Positions 27,555-37,428 of a stretch of DNA of 64,000 bases are shown here, in pieces; position 1 is the first letter of the stretch; each line of letters begins with the position of its first letter. The notes below the pieces were generated by a model. That model was not told the DNA's origin. It saw only the letters and a list, made by a program, of their open reading frames with translations, and made no database searches. The position numbers were made by a program, and so were the translations under genes. Source of the DNA: an uncultured Armatimonadetes bacterium (lineage in GTDB: Bacteria > Armatimonadota > UBA5829 > DTJY01); assembly GCA_963717145.1 (NCBI GenBank), contig OY970325.1, positions 3,936,001-4,000,000 on the forward strand, given 5' to 3'.

Positions 27555-28382
27555 ATGTCCGAGAAGATACGCCTCGGAGTCATCACGGGCCTCGGAAAGG
27601 GCGCGGATGAGGAGTTGCGGAAGGTCCGGGAGATCGGGCTGCCGACCTGCCAGGTTTCCCTTTGGGATCCGGCGACCTATACCGACGAAAACGTCCGGGC
27701 GCTCAGGGATGCCTGCGCGAAGCACGATGTGGAGGTCACGTCGATCTGGACCGGCTACCCCGGGCCTTCGGTCTGGAACTTCACCGAGGGGCCGTCCACC
27801 ATCGGCTTCGTCCCGCCGGAGTACCGCGAGATGCGCGTCGATGCGCTCAAGAGGGGCGCACAATTCGCCGCCAGGTGCGGAGTCGCCTCGATCACCACGC
27901 ACGCCGGGTTCATCCCCGAGAACCCCGCCGATCCGCTCTACGCCGGCACGGTCGAGGCGCTTACGGCGATAGCCCGCCGATGCAAGGAACTGGGCATCTG
28001 GTTCTGCTTCGAGACCGGCCAGGAGACGCCGATCACTCTGCTTCGGGTGTTCCGCGACATCGGTACGGACAACCTCGGTGTCAACCTCGATCCGGCGAAC
28101 CTGCTGATGTACGGCAAGGCGAACCCGGTCGATGCGCTCGACATCCTTGGGCCTTACGTGAAGGGCGTCCACGCCAAGGACGGCGAGTACCCGACCGACC
28201 CCGGCAAGCTCGGCGTCGAGAAACCGCTCGGCGAGGGGCGCGTGAACTTCCCGGTGCTGATTCCCAAGCTCAAGTCATTCGGCTTCACCGGCGCATTGAC
28301 CATCGAGCGCGAGATCAGCGGCGACCAGCAGGTCACAGACATCAAACGAGCTATGGAGATCCTGGAACCATTGACAAAGTAG
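27555..28382 (+). CDS. Sugar-phosphate isomerase/epimerase (AP endonuclease 2 TIM barrel)
   Basis: THAGFIP, FETGQE, NLDPANL, VHAKDG, LGEGRV, LTIERE. Confidence 0.88.
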   Translation: MSEKIRLGVITGLGKGADEELRKVREIGLPTCQVSLWDPATYTDENVRALRDACAKHDVEVTSIWTGYPGPSVWNFTEGPSTIGFVPPEYREMRVDALKRGAQFAARCGVASITTHAGFIPENPADPLYAGTVEALTAIARRCKELGIWFCFETGQETPITLLRVFRDIGTDNLGVNLDPANLLMYGKANPVDALDILGPYVKGVHAKDGEYPTDPGKLGVEKPLGEGRVNFPVLIPKLKSFGFTGALTIEREISGDQQVTDIKRAMEILEPLTK

Positions 28383-28399
28383 GCTGTTTTTGCTATAAT
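28371..28399 (+). promoter_or_regulatory. Consensus sigma70 promoter of the metal-efflux operon
   Basis: TTGACA-N17-TATAAT with extended -10 TG; ATG follows 8 nt after the -10 box, implying a near-leaderless uORF. Confidence 0.85.
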
Positions 28400-28407
28400 T
28401 GGCTCAA

Positions 28408-28683
28408 ATGTACCACCTCGCCGCAGAGACACACAGCCTCAGGATGGTCATGCTGCTGGCAGCCGTAGTGATGCTCGCCGGCTGGATGACGGTCCTGTGC
28501 GAAACTCACGAAGAGGAATGCGACGCCTGCTGCATATGTGCACTTCCATGCTGCCAGGCGGCCGTTCTGAGTAGCGACGTGATGGACATCGCTTGCCTCG
28601 AGCTAACCGGCATGCTGCCGACTGCTTCTCTCTCAGTGTATTCCCAATCCACCGATCCGCTCTTCCGCCCCCCACAGGCCTAG
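28408..28683 (+). CDS. Small Cys/His-rich membrane-targeted leader protein (DUF2946/CutF/CruR-like)
   Basis: Hydrophobic segment, CETHEEECDACCIC..CC, C-terminal PLFRPPQA; first gene after the promoter, upstream of the tolC-MFP-RND genes. Confidence 0.65.
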   Translation: MYHLAAETHSLRMVMLLAAVVMLAGWMTVLCETHEEECDACCICALPCCQAAVLSSDVMDIACLELTGMLPTASLSVYSQSTDPLFRPPQA

Positions 28684-28820
28684 CTCCATTCCATCTGTAA
28701 CCAAGCCATCGTTTCCGCACGTCAAATCGTGGCCCATCGGATTACCGGTCCAGTGACCGGAGAATCCTCCTACGGGGGACAATGGTGGCCGAATGAGCGA
28801 ATCCTTGGAGGTAGGCACAC

Positions 28821-30092
28821 ATGCGCCTGATCACAGCAACACTGGCACTCATCGTGTCAATGTCCGCCGCTATTGCGGCTTCCGATACAACGAGCCTCGG
28901 TCTTCAGGAGGCCATAGACATCGCGCTACGCCAGAACCCGAATCTGTTGGCGTCTCGGAGCGACGTTGACGCCGCTCGGGCCAATGAGCGCTCGGCGGGC
29001 ACTCTGACGAACCCCGAACTCGTCGTGTCCCCGACGATCGCGGGCACAGCGGGCTCCGACTCGGCTGTACTCATCGTTCAGCCGCTCGAGATCAACGGCT
29101 CGCGCGCGATCCGCACAAGAATTGCCCGGGCGGAGAAAGACGCCACCCAGGCTGCGCACCTATCAGTCGAGCGCGACGTGGTACGGTCGGTCAAGCAGGC
29201 ATACTGGGAGGTCGCCCAGATCGCCAACGTGGTCGATCTGAACAGGCAAAGCGCCGATGTGGCCGAGTCGATCTATCAGGCGGCCAAACGTCAGCTCGAT
29301 GTCGGATCTGCTCCCGGGGCACAGGCGATCAAGGCGCAGGTGGAATCGTCCCGCGCCCGTCAGGACCTCGCGCGCACCGAGTCCGATCTCCTCCAGGCGA
29401 AGTCGTCGTTGAACACGCTTCTCGGTCGTCCGGCGGACACCCCATTCGACCTTGCCGACGAGTTGGCGTTCAGCCCGACGGAGATCGATGAGAACAAGCT
29501 GAGGTCCGCCGCCGAGGAGGCCCGTCCCGAGCTGGCGGAGGCGCGGTCGATACTCGCCGCTCGGAAGGCGGAGATCCAGGCGGTCGATGCACGGAGGCGT
29601 CCCGATCTGACACTCCAGGCGCGTCAGGAGACATTCGGAGGCGATGCCGGATTGGCGATCGGAGTCACCCTGCCGATCATCGACTGGGGCTCGAACAGGC
29701 ATGACAGGAAACGCGCCGAAGCTTCCGCCGATGCCCAGTCGAAGCGCGTCGATGCCGTGAGGAATGGCGTCGTGCTCGACGTGGATTCCGCGCTCCGTGA
29801 AGTCAGAGTGAGTCGGAAGCTGATCGAGGAGTACGAGCAGGGAGTGATCGGGCAGGCCGAGCAACTCGCGGACATGGCTCAAAAAGGCTACAAGGCGGGC
29901 GCCACCAACTACCTGGAAGTGCTCGAAGCACAGAGGACACTGAAGGCTGTCCGAACCGAGTACTATGCCGCGCTCGCGGATTACCACAAGTCGCTGGCTC
30001 AACTCGAATGGGCCACCGGAGTAAGCCTGTCGCCAACACAAACCGTAGGGGCCGCGGCTCAGTCCCGGCCCGCTAAGGAGGAAACCAAATGA
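28821..30092 (+). CDS. TolC/CzcC-family outer-membrane efflux protein
   Basis: LQEAIDIALRQNPNL, VKQAYW, RPEL, YKAGATNYLEVLEAQR. Confidence 0.92.
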   Translation: MRLITATLALIVSMSAAIAASDTTSLGLQEAIDIALRQNPNLLASRSDVDAARANERSAGTLTNPELVVSPTIAGTAGSDSAVLIVQPLEINGSRAIRTRIARAEKDATQAAHLSVERDVVRSVKQAYWEVAQIANVVDLNRQSADVAESIYQAAKRQLDVGSAPGAQAIKAQVESSRARQDLARTESDLLQAKSSLNTLLGRPADTPFDLADELAFSPTEIDENKLRSAAEEARPELAEARSILAARKAEIQAVDARRRPDLTLQARQETFGGDAGLAIGVTLPIIDWGSNRHDRKRAEASADAQSKRVDAVRNGVVLDVDSALREVRVSRKLIEEYEQGVIGQAEQLADMAQKGYKAGATNYLEVLEAQRTLKAVRTEYYAALADYHKSLAQLEWATGVSLSPTQTVGAAAQSRPAKEETK

Positions 30093-31612
30093 AGAGGTCC
30101 ATCATACTGATAATCGTCGTGGCGCTGCTGTTGGCGTCGCTGACATATGCATTGGTGAGAAGCAAGCCTGTGGCTGCCACGACTCCGGCGGTACCGGAGA
30201 GTGCGGGAGCACTCAGCGGCCTCAAGCTCGTGACCGAGCCCGCCGTCGCAGGCGAGTCATGGCAGCAGATCACCGCCACCGGGAAGGTCGGCCCGAACGT
30301 CAACAAGGTCGTCAAAGTCGGCCCACGTATCGCCGGCAAGATCGTAAGCGTCTATGCCAATGTCGGGGACACCGTGCGTCAGGGCCAGGTGCTCGCGACT
30401 CTGTCGAGCGTCGAACTCGCGCAGGCTCGTGCGGCATACCGTCAGGCCTCAGCCGGGGTCAAGGCGGCGAAAGAGTCATACGACCGTCAGGTGAGATTTG
30501 CCAGGCTCGGAGCTTTCTCCAGCCGTCCCGTCGAGGAGGCGCGCTCGGAGTTCAACTCCGCGCAGGGGGACCTCGCACAGGCAAGGAGCGAACTTGCGGA
30601 GAACAAGAGCGAACTAGTCCGAGTCGAGAGCGAACTGGCGCAGTGCGTGGCGAGACTCGAGCGGGCGAAGGAATTGTACAAGGATCAGATCGTCTCGCGC
30701 AACGACCTCGAAGGCGCCGAAGCCGAGTTCAAGCGTGACAGCGCGGATGTCGAGTCGGCAAAGGCGCGAATCCACCAGACCGAGGCGAAGATCCAGCAGG
30801 CCGAGGCGCGCGTCGGGATCGCGAAGACCTACCTGAACCGCGAGGAGAAGGTCCTCGGCGGCGACCTCCTCGCCTCGAAGGAACTCCAGGCCGCCAAGTC
30901 CGATCTGACCTCTGCCGAACTCGAACTCCGTGCCGCCGCCGACACGATCCGAGTCCTTGGCGCGTCTCCGGGCGGCTCGGGCGATACGATTTCCATCACC
31001 TCCCCGATCTCAGGCCGGGTCGTCTCGCGGTCGGTGAACCTCGGCGAGATGGCCGATCCATCCGGCACGCTCTTCACGGTCATGAACCTCGCGGATGTCT
31101 GGGTCGAGGCCAACGTCTACGAGAAGGACCTCGCGCGGATCCGTAAGGGCCAGGTCGCCGAGATACGGGTCAGCAGCTATCCGGACAGGGTCTTCTCCGG
31201 CAGGGTCACGCACATCAGCGACGTGCTCGACCCCGATTCCCGGACGGCCACGATCCGATGCGCCGTTGTCAATTCCACGGGTCTCCTCAAGCCTGAGATG
31301 TTCGCCACGGTGAGCATCATCACGGCGAAGAACGGCGGTGCGGTGCTCATCCCGACGGCGGCGGTCCTCGATGACGCTGGCAAGAAGATCGTCTTCACGC
31401 CCTGCCTCGAATGCCCTGAGGACGTGAAGGCCGGTACGAACGCCTGCGGCGCCTACGACAAGATCGAGGTTGCACTCGGTCCGGCACACGGCAGCAAGAT
31501 CGAGGCGCTTTCCGGCCTCGAGCCGGGAGTGCTCGTAGTCACCGAGGGCGCGTACCAGCTCAAGACGGCGCTCGGCTCCGGCCAGCTCGAAGCCGGATGC
31601 ACGGACCACTGA
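30089..31612 (+). CDS. RND efflux membrane-fusion protein (CzcB/CusB-like)
   Basis: PRIAGKIVSVYANVGDTVRQGQVL, long coiled coil, SPISGRV, VWVEANVYEKDL, LKPEMFA. Confidence 0.9.
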   Translation: MKRSIILIIVVALLLASLTYALVRSKPVAATTPAVPESAGALSGLKLVTEPAVAGESWQQITATGKVGPNVNKVVKVGPRIAGKIVSVYANVGDTVRQGQVLATLSSVELAQARAAYRQASAGVKAAKESYDRQVRFARLGAFSSRPVEEARSEFNSAQGDLAQARSELAENKSELVRVESELAQCVARLERAKELYKDQIVSRNDLEGAEAEFKRDSADVESAKARIHQTEAKIQQAEARVGIAKTYLNREEKVLGGDLLASKELQAAKSDLTSAELELRAAADTIRVLGASPGGSGDTISITSPISGRVVSRSVNLGEMADPSGTLFTVMNLADVWVEANVYEKDLARIRKGQVAEIRVSSYPDRVFSGRVTHISDVLDPDSRTATIRCAVVNSTGLLKPEMFATVSIITAKNGGAVLIPTAAVLDDAGKKIVFTPCLECPEDVKAGTNACGAYDKIEVALGPAHGSKIEALSGLEPGVLVVTEGAYQLKTALGSGQLEAGCTDH

Positions 31613-31622
31613 GGAGGATCAC

Positions 31623-34600
31623 ATGGACCAGTCACACGGCAGTCTAATCGACCGGATCATCCACGCCTCCTTCAAGCAGCAGGCGATCGTCGTGATGCTC
31701 GTCGCGCTGGCGCTGGTGTTCGGCATCGTCGGCCTACCAGCAGATGCCCCGGAACGTCTATCCCGACATCACGATCCCGGTCTTCACCATCGTCACCGAG
31801 AACGAGGCGATGGCCCCGGAGGAGATCGAGATGATGATCACGCGCCCGATGGAGTCGGCGATGAACGGCCTCCCGGGCGTGCGCAGGATCCGATCGCAGA
31901 CGACTCAGGGGCTCTCGTCGGTCGTCGTCGAGTTCGACATCGAGACCGAGTTCTGGCGGGCCAGGCAGTTCGTCACCGAGCGGATGGCGCAGGTGGCGGC
32001 GCAGCTTCCACCGGGCACCGAGCCGCCGACTCTGAGCAGCGCGACCACTCGCCTCGCGGAGGTCTACGAGTCGCCGTCGAGGGCGATCTCCCGCTGACGG
32101 AGCTGCGCGAGACTCGCCGAGTGGCAGATCGCTACAACCTGCTTACCGTGCCGGGCGTCGCCGAGGTGCTGAACATGGGCGGCCACATGCGCCAGTATCG
32201 GGTCACGATCGACCCGAACCAGCCTCAGGGCGTACGGCATCACGCTTGCCGAGTTGAAGAGGCCGTCAAGGGCGGCAACGAGAACGCCGCCGGCGGATTC
32301 ATCAGCACCGGCCCGACGGAGTACACCGTGCGCGGGATCGGCCGCTTCGACTCGGTCGAGGACATCGAGGACACGGTCGTGGGCGGAACGGGCGGCGTGC
32401 CGATCTTCCTGCACAACGTCGCCGACGTCGAGGAGGGCACCGCGATCCGCAGGGGCATCGCCAGCAAAGAACGGCAAGGAGACCGTGGTCGCGCTCGTCA
32501 TCAAGCAGCCGAACGCCGATACCGTCAAGGTCGTGGAGGGCATCGAGAAGGCGATCGAGGAGATGAAGCCGACGCTGCCCAAGGGCGTCCGGATCGCCCC
32601 CTACTACGACCAGACGCACCTGATCCAGGACTCGCTCTCCAGCGTCACCCGCGCGATACTGGTCGGCGCGGTGCTCGTCATCCTCGTGCTTCTGCTCTTC
32701 CTGGGGCACTTCCGCAGCACGCTGATCGTGGCGGCGTCGCTGCCGCTCTCGGTGATCATCGCCGGGCATCCTGATGCGGCAGCATGGGCGTCGGCCTCAA
32801 CACGATGTCGCTCGGCGGGCTGGCGATCGCGGTCGGCATCATGGTGGATGCCTCGATCATCATGGTCGAGAACATCTACCACCGGTTCCACAAGAGCCGC
32901 GGCGAACCTCGATCGACGCCGGAGGCGAAGGAGCGCGTCGCCCACAAGGCGGCCATCGAGGTCGGGCGGCCGATCGCGTTCGCGACGCTCATCATCATCG
33001 CGGTGTTCCTGCCCGCTCTTCCTGATGGGCGGGATCGAGGGACTGCTCTTCCGTCCGCTCGCGGTCACCGTGGCCGCGGCGATGCTGGTGGCGCTCGTGC
33101 TCTCGCTGACGCTCACGCCGGTCCTGGCGAACACGGTTCCTGCATCCCGAGGAGGGCGACGAATCCGAGGGCGAGGTGAAGTTCGTCCGGTGGATCAAGC
33201 GGCGGCTACGTCCCCGCGCTGGAGTACGCGCTCACTCACCGGTAGGCTGGTCATCGCGCATCGCGTTCGGGCTGCTGATCCCGGCGGCGCTCGGCCTGAT
33301 GGCTGTGGGCAAGGACTTCATGCCGAAGCTCGACGAGGGCTCGTGGTTCATCTCGACCGTCAACACCGGCCGAGACCTCGCTGGAGGAGAACGACCGGAT
33401 CACCCGGCAGATCGAGAAGCGTCCTGCTCGCGAACCCCAACATCGCCGAGGTCGTCCGCCGCAACGGGCGCTCCGAGCGCGCCATCGGCTGCGTGCTGCC
33501 GGTCAACCTCGGGCGAGATCTTCGTCAACCTCAAGCCCAGCGAACCAGCTGACCAAGCCCGCGGACCGAGGTGCTGGCGGAGGTCCGCGAGCAGATCGAG
33601 CAGATCCCGGGCGTCGCGGCCGCGTTCACCCAGCCGCTGCAGAACAAGATCGACGAGAGCCTGGAGGGCACTCCCGCGCCGCTGCAGGTGAAGCTCTTCG
33701 GTCCGGACATCCAGGTGCTGGCCCAGAAGGGCAAGCAGATCGAGGCGATCATGCAGGGCGACACGCGGGCGTGGCCGACGTGAAGATGGACCAGGCCACG
33801 GGCATCCCGCAGCTGCAGGTCCAGATCGACCGGCAGGCCGCGGCTCGCTACGGCGTCTCGGTGGCGGACGATCTCCGAGATCGTGCGGCTCGCGGTCGGC
33901 GGCGAGGAGCTGACCCAGGTCTGGAAGAACCAGCGCAGCTACGGGGTCTTCGTGCGCTTCCCGGACGAGATGCGCGGCGACCCCGGAGGCGATCGGCAAC
34001 CTGCTGGTGGATACCCCGTCGGGCGGCGCAGATACCGCTCTCGCAGGTGGCGCAGGTCACTCTCTCCGAGGGCCCGAACGTCATCTGGCGCGAGGCGATG
34101 AACCGGCGGCTCAGCATCGACGCCGAGCATCCAGGGCCGCGACCTCGGCAGCGTGGTCTCGGACATCAAGAAGGGCCTGACGAAGGTCGAACTGCCGAAG
34201 GACTACTTCGTCGTCTTCGGCGGGCAGTACCAGAACCAGCAGCGGGCGATGAAGTCGCTGCTGCTGGCGACGGCGATCGCGCTGGCGGTCGTGTTCATGC
34301 TGCTCTTCGTGGCGCTGAGTTCGGCGTCGCAGGCGCTGATCATCCTGGCGACCGTGCCCAGCGCGTTCATCGGCGGAGTGGCCTCGCTGCTGCTCACCGG
34401 CGAGACGCTCAACGTCTCCTCGGCGGTCGGGTTCATCGCGCTCTTCGGGATCGCGGTGCAGAACAGCCTGGTGCTGCTGACTCAGACGAGGGACTTCATC
34501 GACGGAGGGGCACACCAGGGATCAGGCGATCCGGCTGGCGAGCGTCCAGCGGCTGCGGCCGAAGCTGATGACGGCCTCGTGCGCGGCGCTCGGGCTCCTG

Positions 34601-34759
34601 CCGATCCTGCTCAGCGGCGGCGTCGGCGCGGAGATCGAGAAGCCGCTGGCGATCGTGATGGTCGGCGGGCTGGTGACCTCGACGCTGTTCACGCTGCTCG
34701 TGCTGCCGGCGGTCTATCTCCTCGTGGAACGGGTGAAGGACCGCGTCAGTCCCGCCTGA
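31623..34759 (+). pseudogene. CusA/CzcA-family heavy-metal RND permease, disrupted by more than ten frameshifts (likely assembly indels)
   Basis: Colinear fragments in alternating frames: [113 protein letters not shown]. Confidence 0.85.
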
Positions 34760-34798
34760 CGGCCGCAGATGCCGTTTATCGCTATGCACTGGGAGAGT

Positions 34799-34862
34799 CG
34801 ATCCCCTGACGACTCCTGTCGTCGGCGCGAGCCACCCGACGACAGGAGTCGTCAGGGGATCG
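34799..34862. repeat. Perfect hairpin downstream of the RND gene
   Basis: CGATCCCCTGACGACTCCTGTCGTCGG...CCGACGACAGGAGTCGTCAGGGGATCG. Confidence 0.75.
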
Positions 34863-34891
34863 GCGTCTTCCCGAGAGTTCGGAAAGCCCCC

Positions 34892-35011
34892 ACCGTGAGT
34901 CCTGAGTGCGCCGGTGAATGACGGCGTGTATCGAAGGACGGACTTGTGGTACTCCGCAGGCCGTCCTTCGATACACGCCGTCATTCACCGGCGCACTCAG
35001 GACTAGACGGT
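34892..35011. repeat. Long palindromic element, copy 2 (same family as 21559-21668)
   Basis: AGTCCTGAGTGCGCC-GGTGAATGAC-GGCGTGTATCGAAGGACGG...CCGTCCTTCGATACACGCC-GTCATTCACC-GGCGCACTCAGGACT; followed by an octamer tract (ACTCCTTG)n at ~35027-35063. Confidence 0.85.
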
Positions 35012-35105
35012 TCCAATCCCCCTCAAACCTTAGCTCCTTGACTCCTCAACTCCTTGACTCCTCCCGAAGTGTATCCTTTGGCGAACGAGGCGCATCTATG
35101 CTATT

Positions 35106-37370
35106 GTGAAAGCAGAGATGCGCAGTCAACGTCACAACCTGAGCGACGCCGAGATGGTGCGGCGGACACTGGCGGGCAGCCGGTCGAGCTTCGACGCCTT
35201 GGTCGACCGGTACCGCGACCGGGTCTACCGCCTGGCCTACTTCAAGGTCCGCCGCCCGGACGAGGCCGAAGACCTCGCCCAGGATGCGTTCGTTGCCGCC
35301 TACCAGGCGCTCGGACAGCTCAGGGATCTCGACCGCTTCGCCCCGTGGCTCAGGCGGGTGGCCGAGAACGTCTGCAACATGCGCGTTCGTCGGACGCGCC
35401 CTGAGACCATCCCCATCGAGGATTACCACACGCCAACCGAGGACCACAGCATCGAACGATGGCTCCTCGACACGCGGATCCACGATGCGCTCTCTCAGCT
35501 TTCAGAGACCAACCGCCTGGCCGCGACGCTCTTCTTCGTGGACGGCCTCTCCCAGAAGGAGATCGCCGAGTTCCTCGACGTTCCGGTGACGACCGTCAAG
35601 CGCCGGATCAACCTGTCGCGCGCCCGGCTCAAGAAGGAGTTGATCGATATCATGCACGACACAATCGGCCCGGAGAAGGCGAAACCCGGGTTCGCCGATG
35701 AGGTCTCCGCCAGGATCGACGTGCTGCGCTGGTGCCGGCAGTTCGGCGACTACATCAACGCCGGGGTGACGCTCGTCAGGGCGCTCTCAGACCTGGAGGA
35801 GGGCGACTTTTCCGATCGAATCAAGGCGGAGACGCACGCCGTCCGAGCCGCCATCATGGAGGGGGCTTTCCTCACTGCGGCGATAAGGGAGCACTCACCA
35901 TCGCTCAATCACCCGCTGATCGTCGGGATGCTCCGCGCCGGCGAGATCGGCGGCGTGCTGGATCAGAGCCTGAGCACGATCGTCTCGTGGATGGAACGCG
36001 AGGACATCGGCCTCAAAGTCGATACGGCATATTGGCTCCGAACGCTTGCCATGATGCTTTCCGCGGGTGTGCCGGTCGTGCAGGCGATCGACACGATGCA
36101 GCACGTCCGAGCGGCCGAACCGCTCCCCGACCTGCAGGCCAGGCTGAACGAAGTCATCCGAGAGGGCTGTCGCTTCCCGGTCATATTCGCCGAGTTCCCG
36201 GGACTCTTCAGCCCGGCGGTGATCGCACTCGTCGCCGCCGGTGAGGAGAACGGCATGCTGGACACGGCACTCGTCATTGCCGCCTCGGAGATCCTCCGCG
36301 AGGCCTTCGAGAAGATTCAGTCCGACACGGCGCTCTCGTTCGACGCCCATGCCCGGGAGAAGTTGGCGGAACAGGTCAGAGCGCATCTCGCCGACAAGTC
36401 GCCCGAGTCACGGATCGGCGCGCTCCAGGCGCTCGATCAACTGACGGGTGCTGTTCGGGTTGTCCAGGTCGGCCCGCTGACATCCCGACGCGCTCCAACG
36501 TGGGGAGAGCTGACCGGATCCGAGTCGATGGAATGCTACGTCTCGGCGCTCGACGACCGGTCGGCCGACGTTCGACGCACCGCCGCCGAGATCCTCGGGA
36601 AGCATCCGTCGGCGGAGTCGGTCACCGCGCTCTCCAGGGCGCTGAAGGACAAGTCGCCCGAGGTCAGGCAGGCGGCGCTGGTGTCGCTGTCGAGCATCGA
36701 TCCCCGGGCCGGCTTCGAGCGTGCCAAGTCGATGCTGGGCGACAAGTCGGTCGGTGTACGGCGTGCGGCGATCCGAATCGTCGGGTCGTTAAGCAGCCGG
36801 GATGCAGCCGACCTGCTCGTCCCGCTGCTCGCAGACCCGGACATGCTGGTCGCCAGCGATGCGATGAAGGGGCTGAAACGCATCGGCGCACCGGCGGTCG
36901 AGCCACTCGTCAACGCGATGAGCGCGACGAAGCCGTTGAGCTGCCAGCTCGCGATGGAGGCGCTCAGAGAGATCGATCCCGGCAAAGCGCGGGAGGTCGC
37001 GCTGGATCTTCTGCAAAGGGGAATCACGGACGCCCGATCTGCTGCGATGCGCACCATATCACGGGTCGGTGGGGACGAGGACATCCCCCTGTTGATCGAA
37101 GCGCTGTCGGACAGCGATCCCTACGGGGTGGTGCGCGACGCCGTGGAGGCGCTCGGACGCCTGAAGGCAAAGGATGCCGTGCCCGCGCTGATCATCACGC
37201 TCGATCATCCCGAGGAGTGGATCGCGCTGAGAGCAGCTTATGCGCTGGCGGCAATCGGCGACAAGAGCGCGATCCCGGCGCTCGAGGCTAAGCTCTCCGC
37301 CAACAATCCTCGCCTGGTGATCAATGCCGCCACGGACGCGCTGAAGTGTCTCGGCGCTGAATGCACATAG
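35106..37370 (+). CDS. ECF sigma-70 factor fused to two T2SS-F/PilC cytoplasmic domains and HEAT repeats
   Basis: Sigma region 2 (AEDLAQDAFVAAY...FAPWLRRVAEN) and region 4 (DGLSQKEIAEFLDVPVTTVKRRINLSRARLK); T2SSF-like RQFGDYINAGVTLVRAL...AGEIGGVLD and RTLAMMLSAGVPVVQAI...AGEENGMLD; HEAT repeats (LxDxxxxVRxxAAxxLG). Confidence 0.85.
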   Translation: MKAEMRSQRHNLSDAEMVRRTLAGSRSSFDALVDRYRDRVYRLAYFKVRRPDEAEDLAQDAFVAAYQALGQLRDLDRFAPWLRRVAENVCNMRVRRTRPETIPIEDYHTPTEDHSIERWLLDTRIHDALSQLSETNRLAATLFFVDGLSQKEIAEFLDVPVTTVKRRINLSRARLKKELIDIMHDTIGPEKAKPGFADEVSARIDVLRWCRQFGDYINAGVTLVRALSDLEEGDFSDRIKAETHAVRAAIMEGAFLTAAIREHSPSLNHPLIVGMLRAGEIGGVLDQSLSTIVSWMEREDIGLKVDTAYWLRTLAMMLSAGVPVVQAIDTMQHVRAAEPLPDLQARLNEVIREGCRFPVIFAEFPGLFSPAVIALVAAGEENGMLDTALVIAASEILREAFEKIQSDTALSFDAHAREKLAEQVRAHLADKSPESRIGALQALDQLTGAVRVVQVGPLTSRRAPTWGELTGSESMECYVSALDDRSADVRRTAAEILGKHPSAESVTALSRALKDKSPEVRQAALVSLSSIDPRAGFERAKSMLGDKSVGVRRAAIRIVGSLSSRDAADLLVPLLADPDMLVASDAMKGLKRIGAPAVEPLVNAMSATKPLSCQLAMEALREIDPGKAREVALDLLQRGITDARSAAMRTISRVGGDEDIPLLIEALSDSDPYGVVRDAVEALGRLKAKDAVPALIITLDHPEEWIALRAAYALAAIGDKSAIPALEAKLSANNPRLVINAATDALKCLGAECT

Positions 37371-37395
37371 CACCCACCGCTGACAGTGGCGTCGG

Positions 37396-37428
37396 TCTCC
37401 CTTGGCGGTCTTGGCGTCTTGGCGGTTA
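37396..37428 (-). repeat. Nonamer-periodic AACCGCCAAGACGCCAAG element, copy 1
   Basis: Minus strand TAACCGCCAAGACGCCAAGACCGCCAAGGGAGA; its TAA is the stop codon of the glycyl-radical gene. Confidence 0.8.

Noticed and set aside
26109-28172. 687-aa minus-strand ORF, and similar long antisense ORFs at 18203-19447, 46453-47832, 642-1547 and 2140-3105
   Set aside because: They overlap well-supported genes on the opposite strand and have shadow-like composition.
35069-35098. Autoregulatory promoter of the ECF sigma matching the GGAACT-N16-CGT motif
   Set aside because: The upstream sequence (TGTATCC...GCATCTA) does not match, so the 40.8 and 41.1 kb promoters cannot be assigned to this sigma factor.
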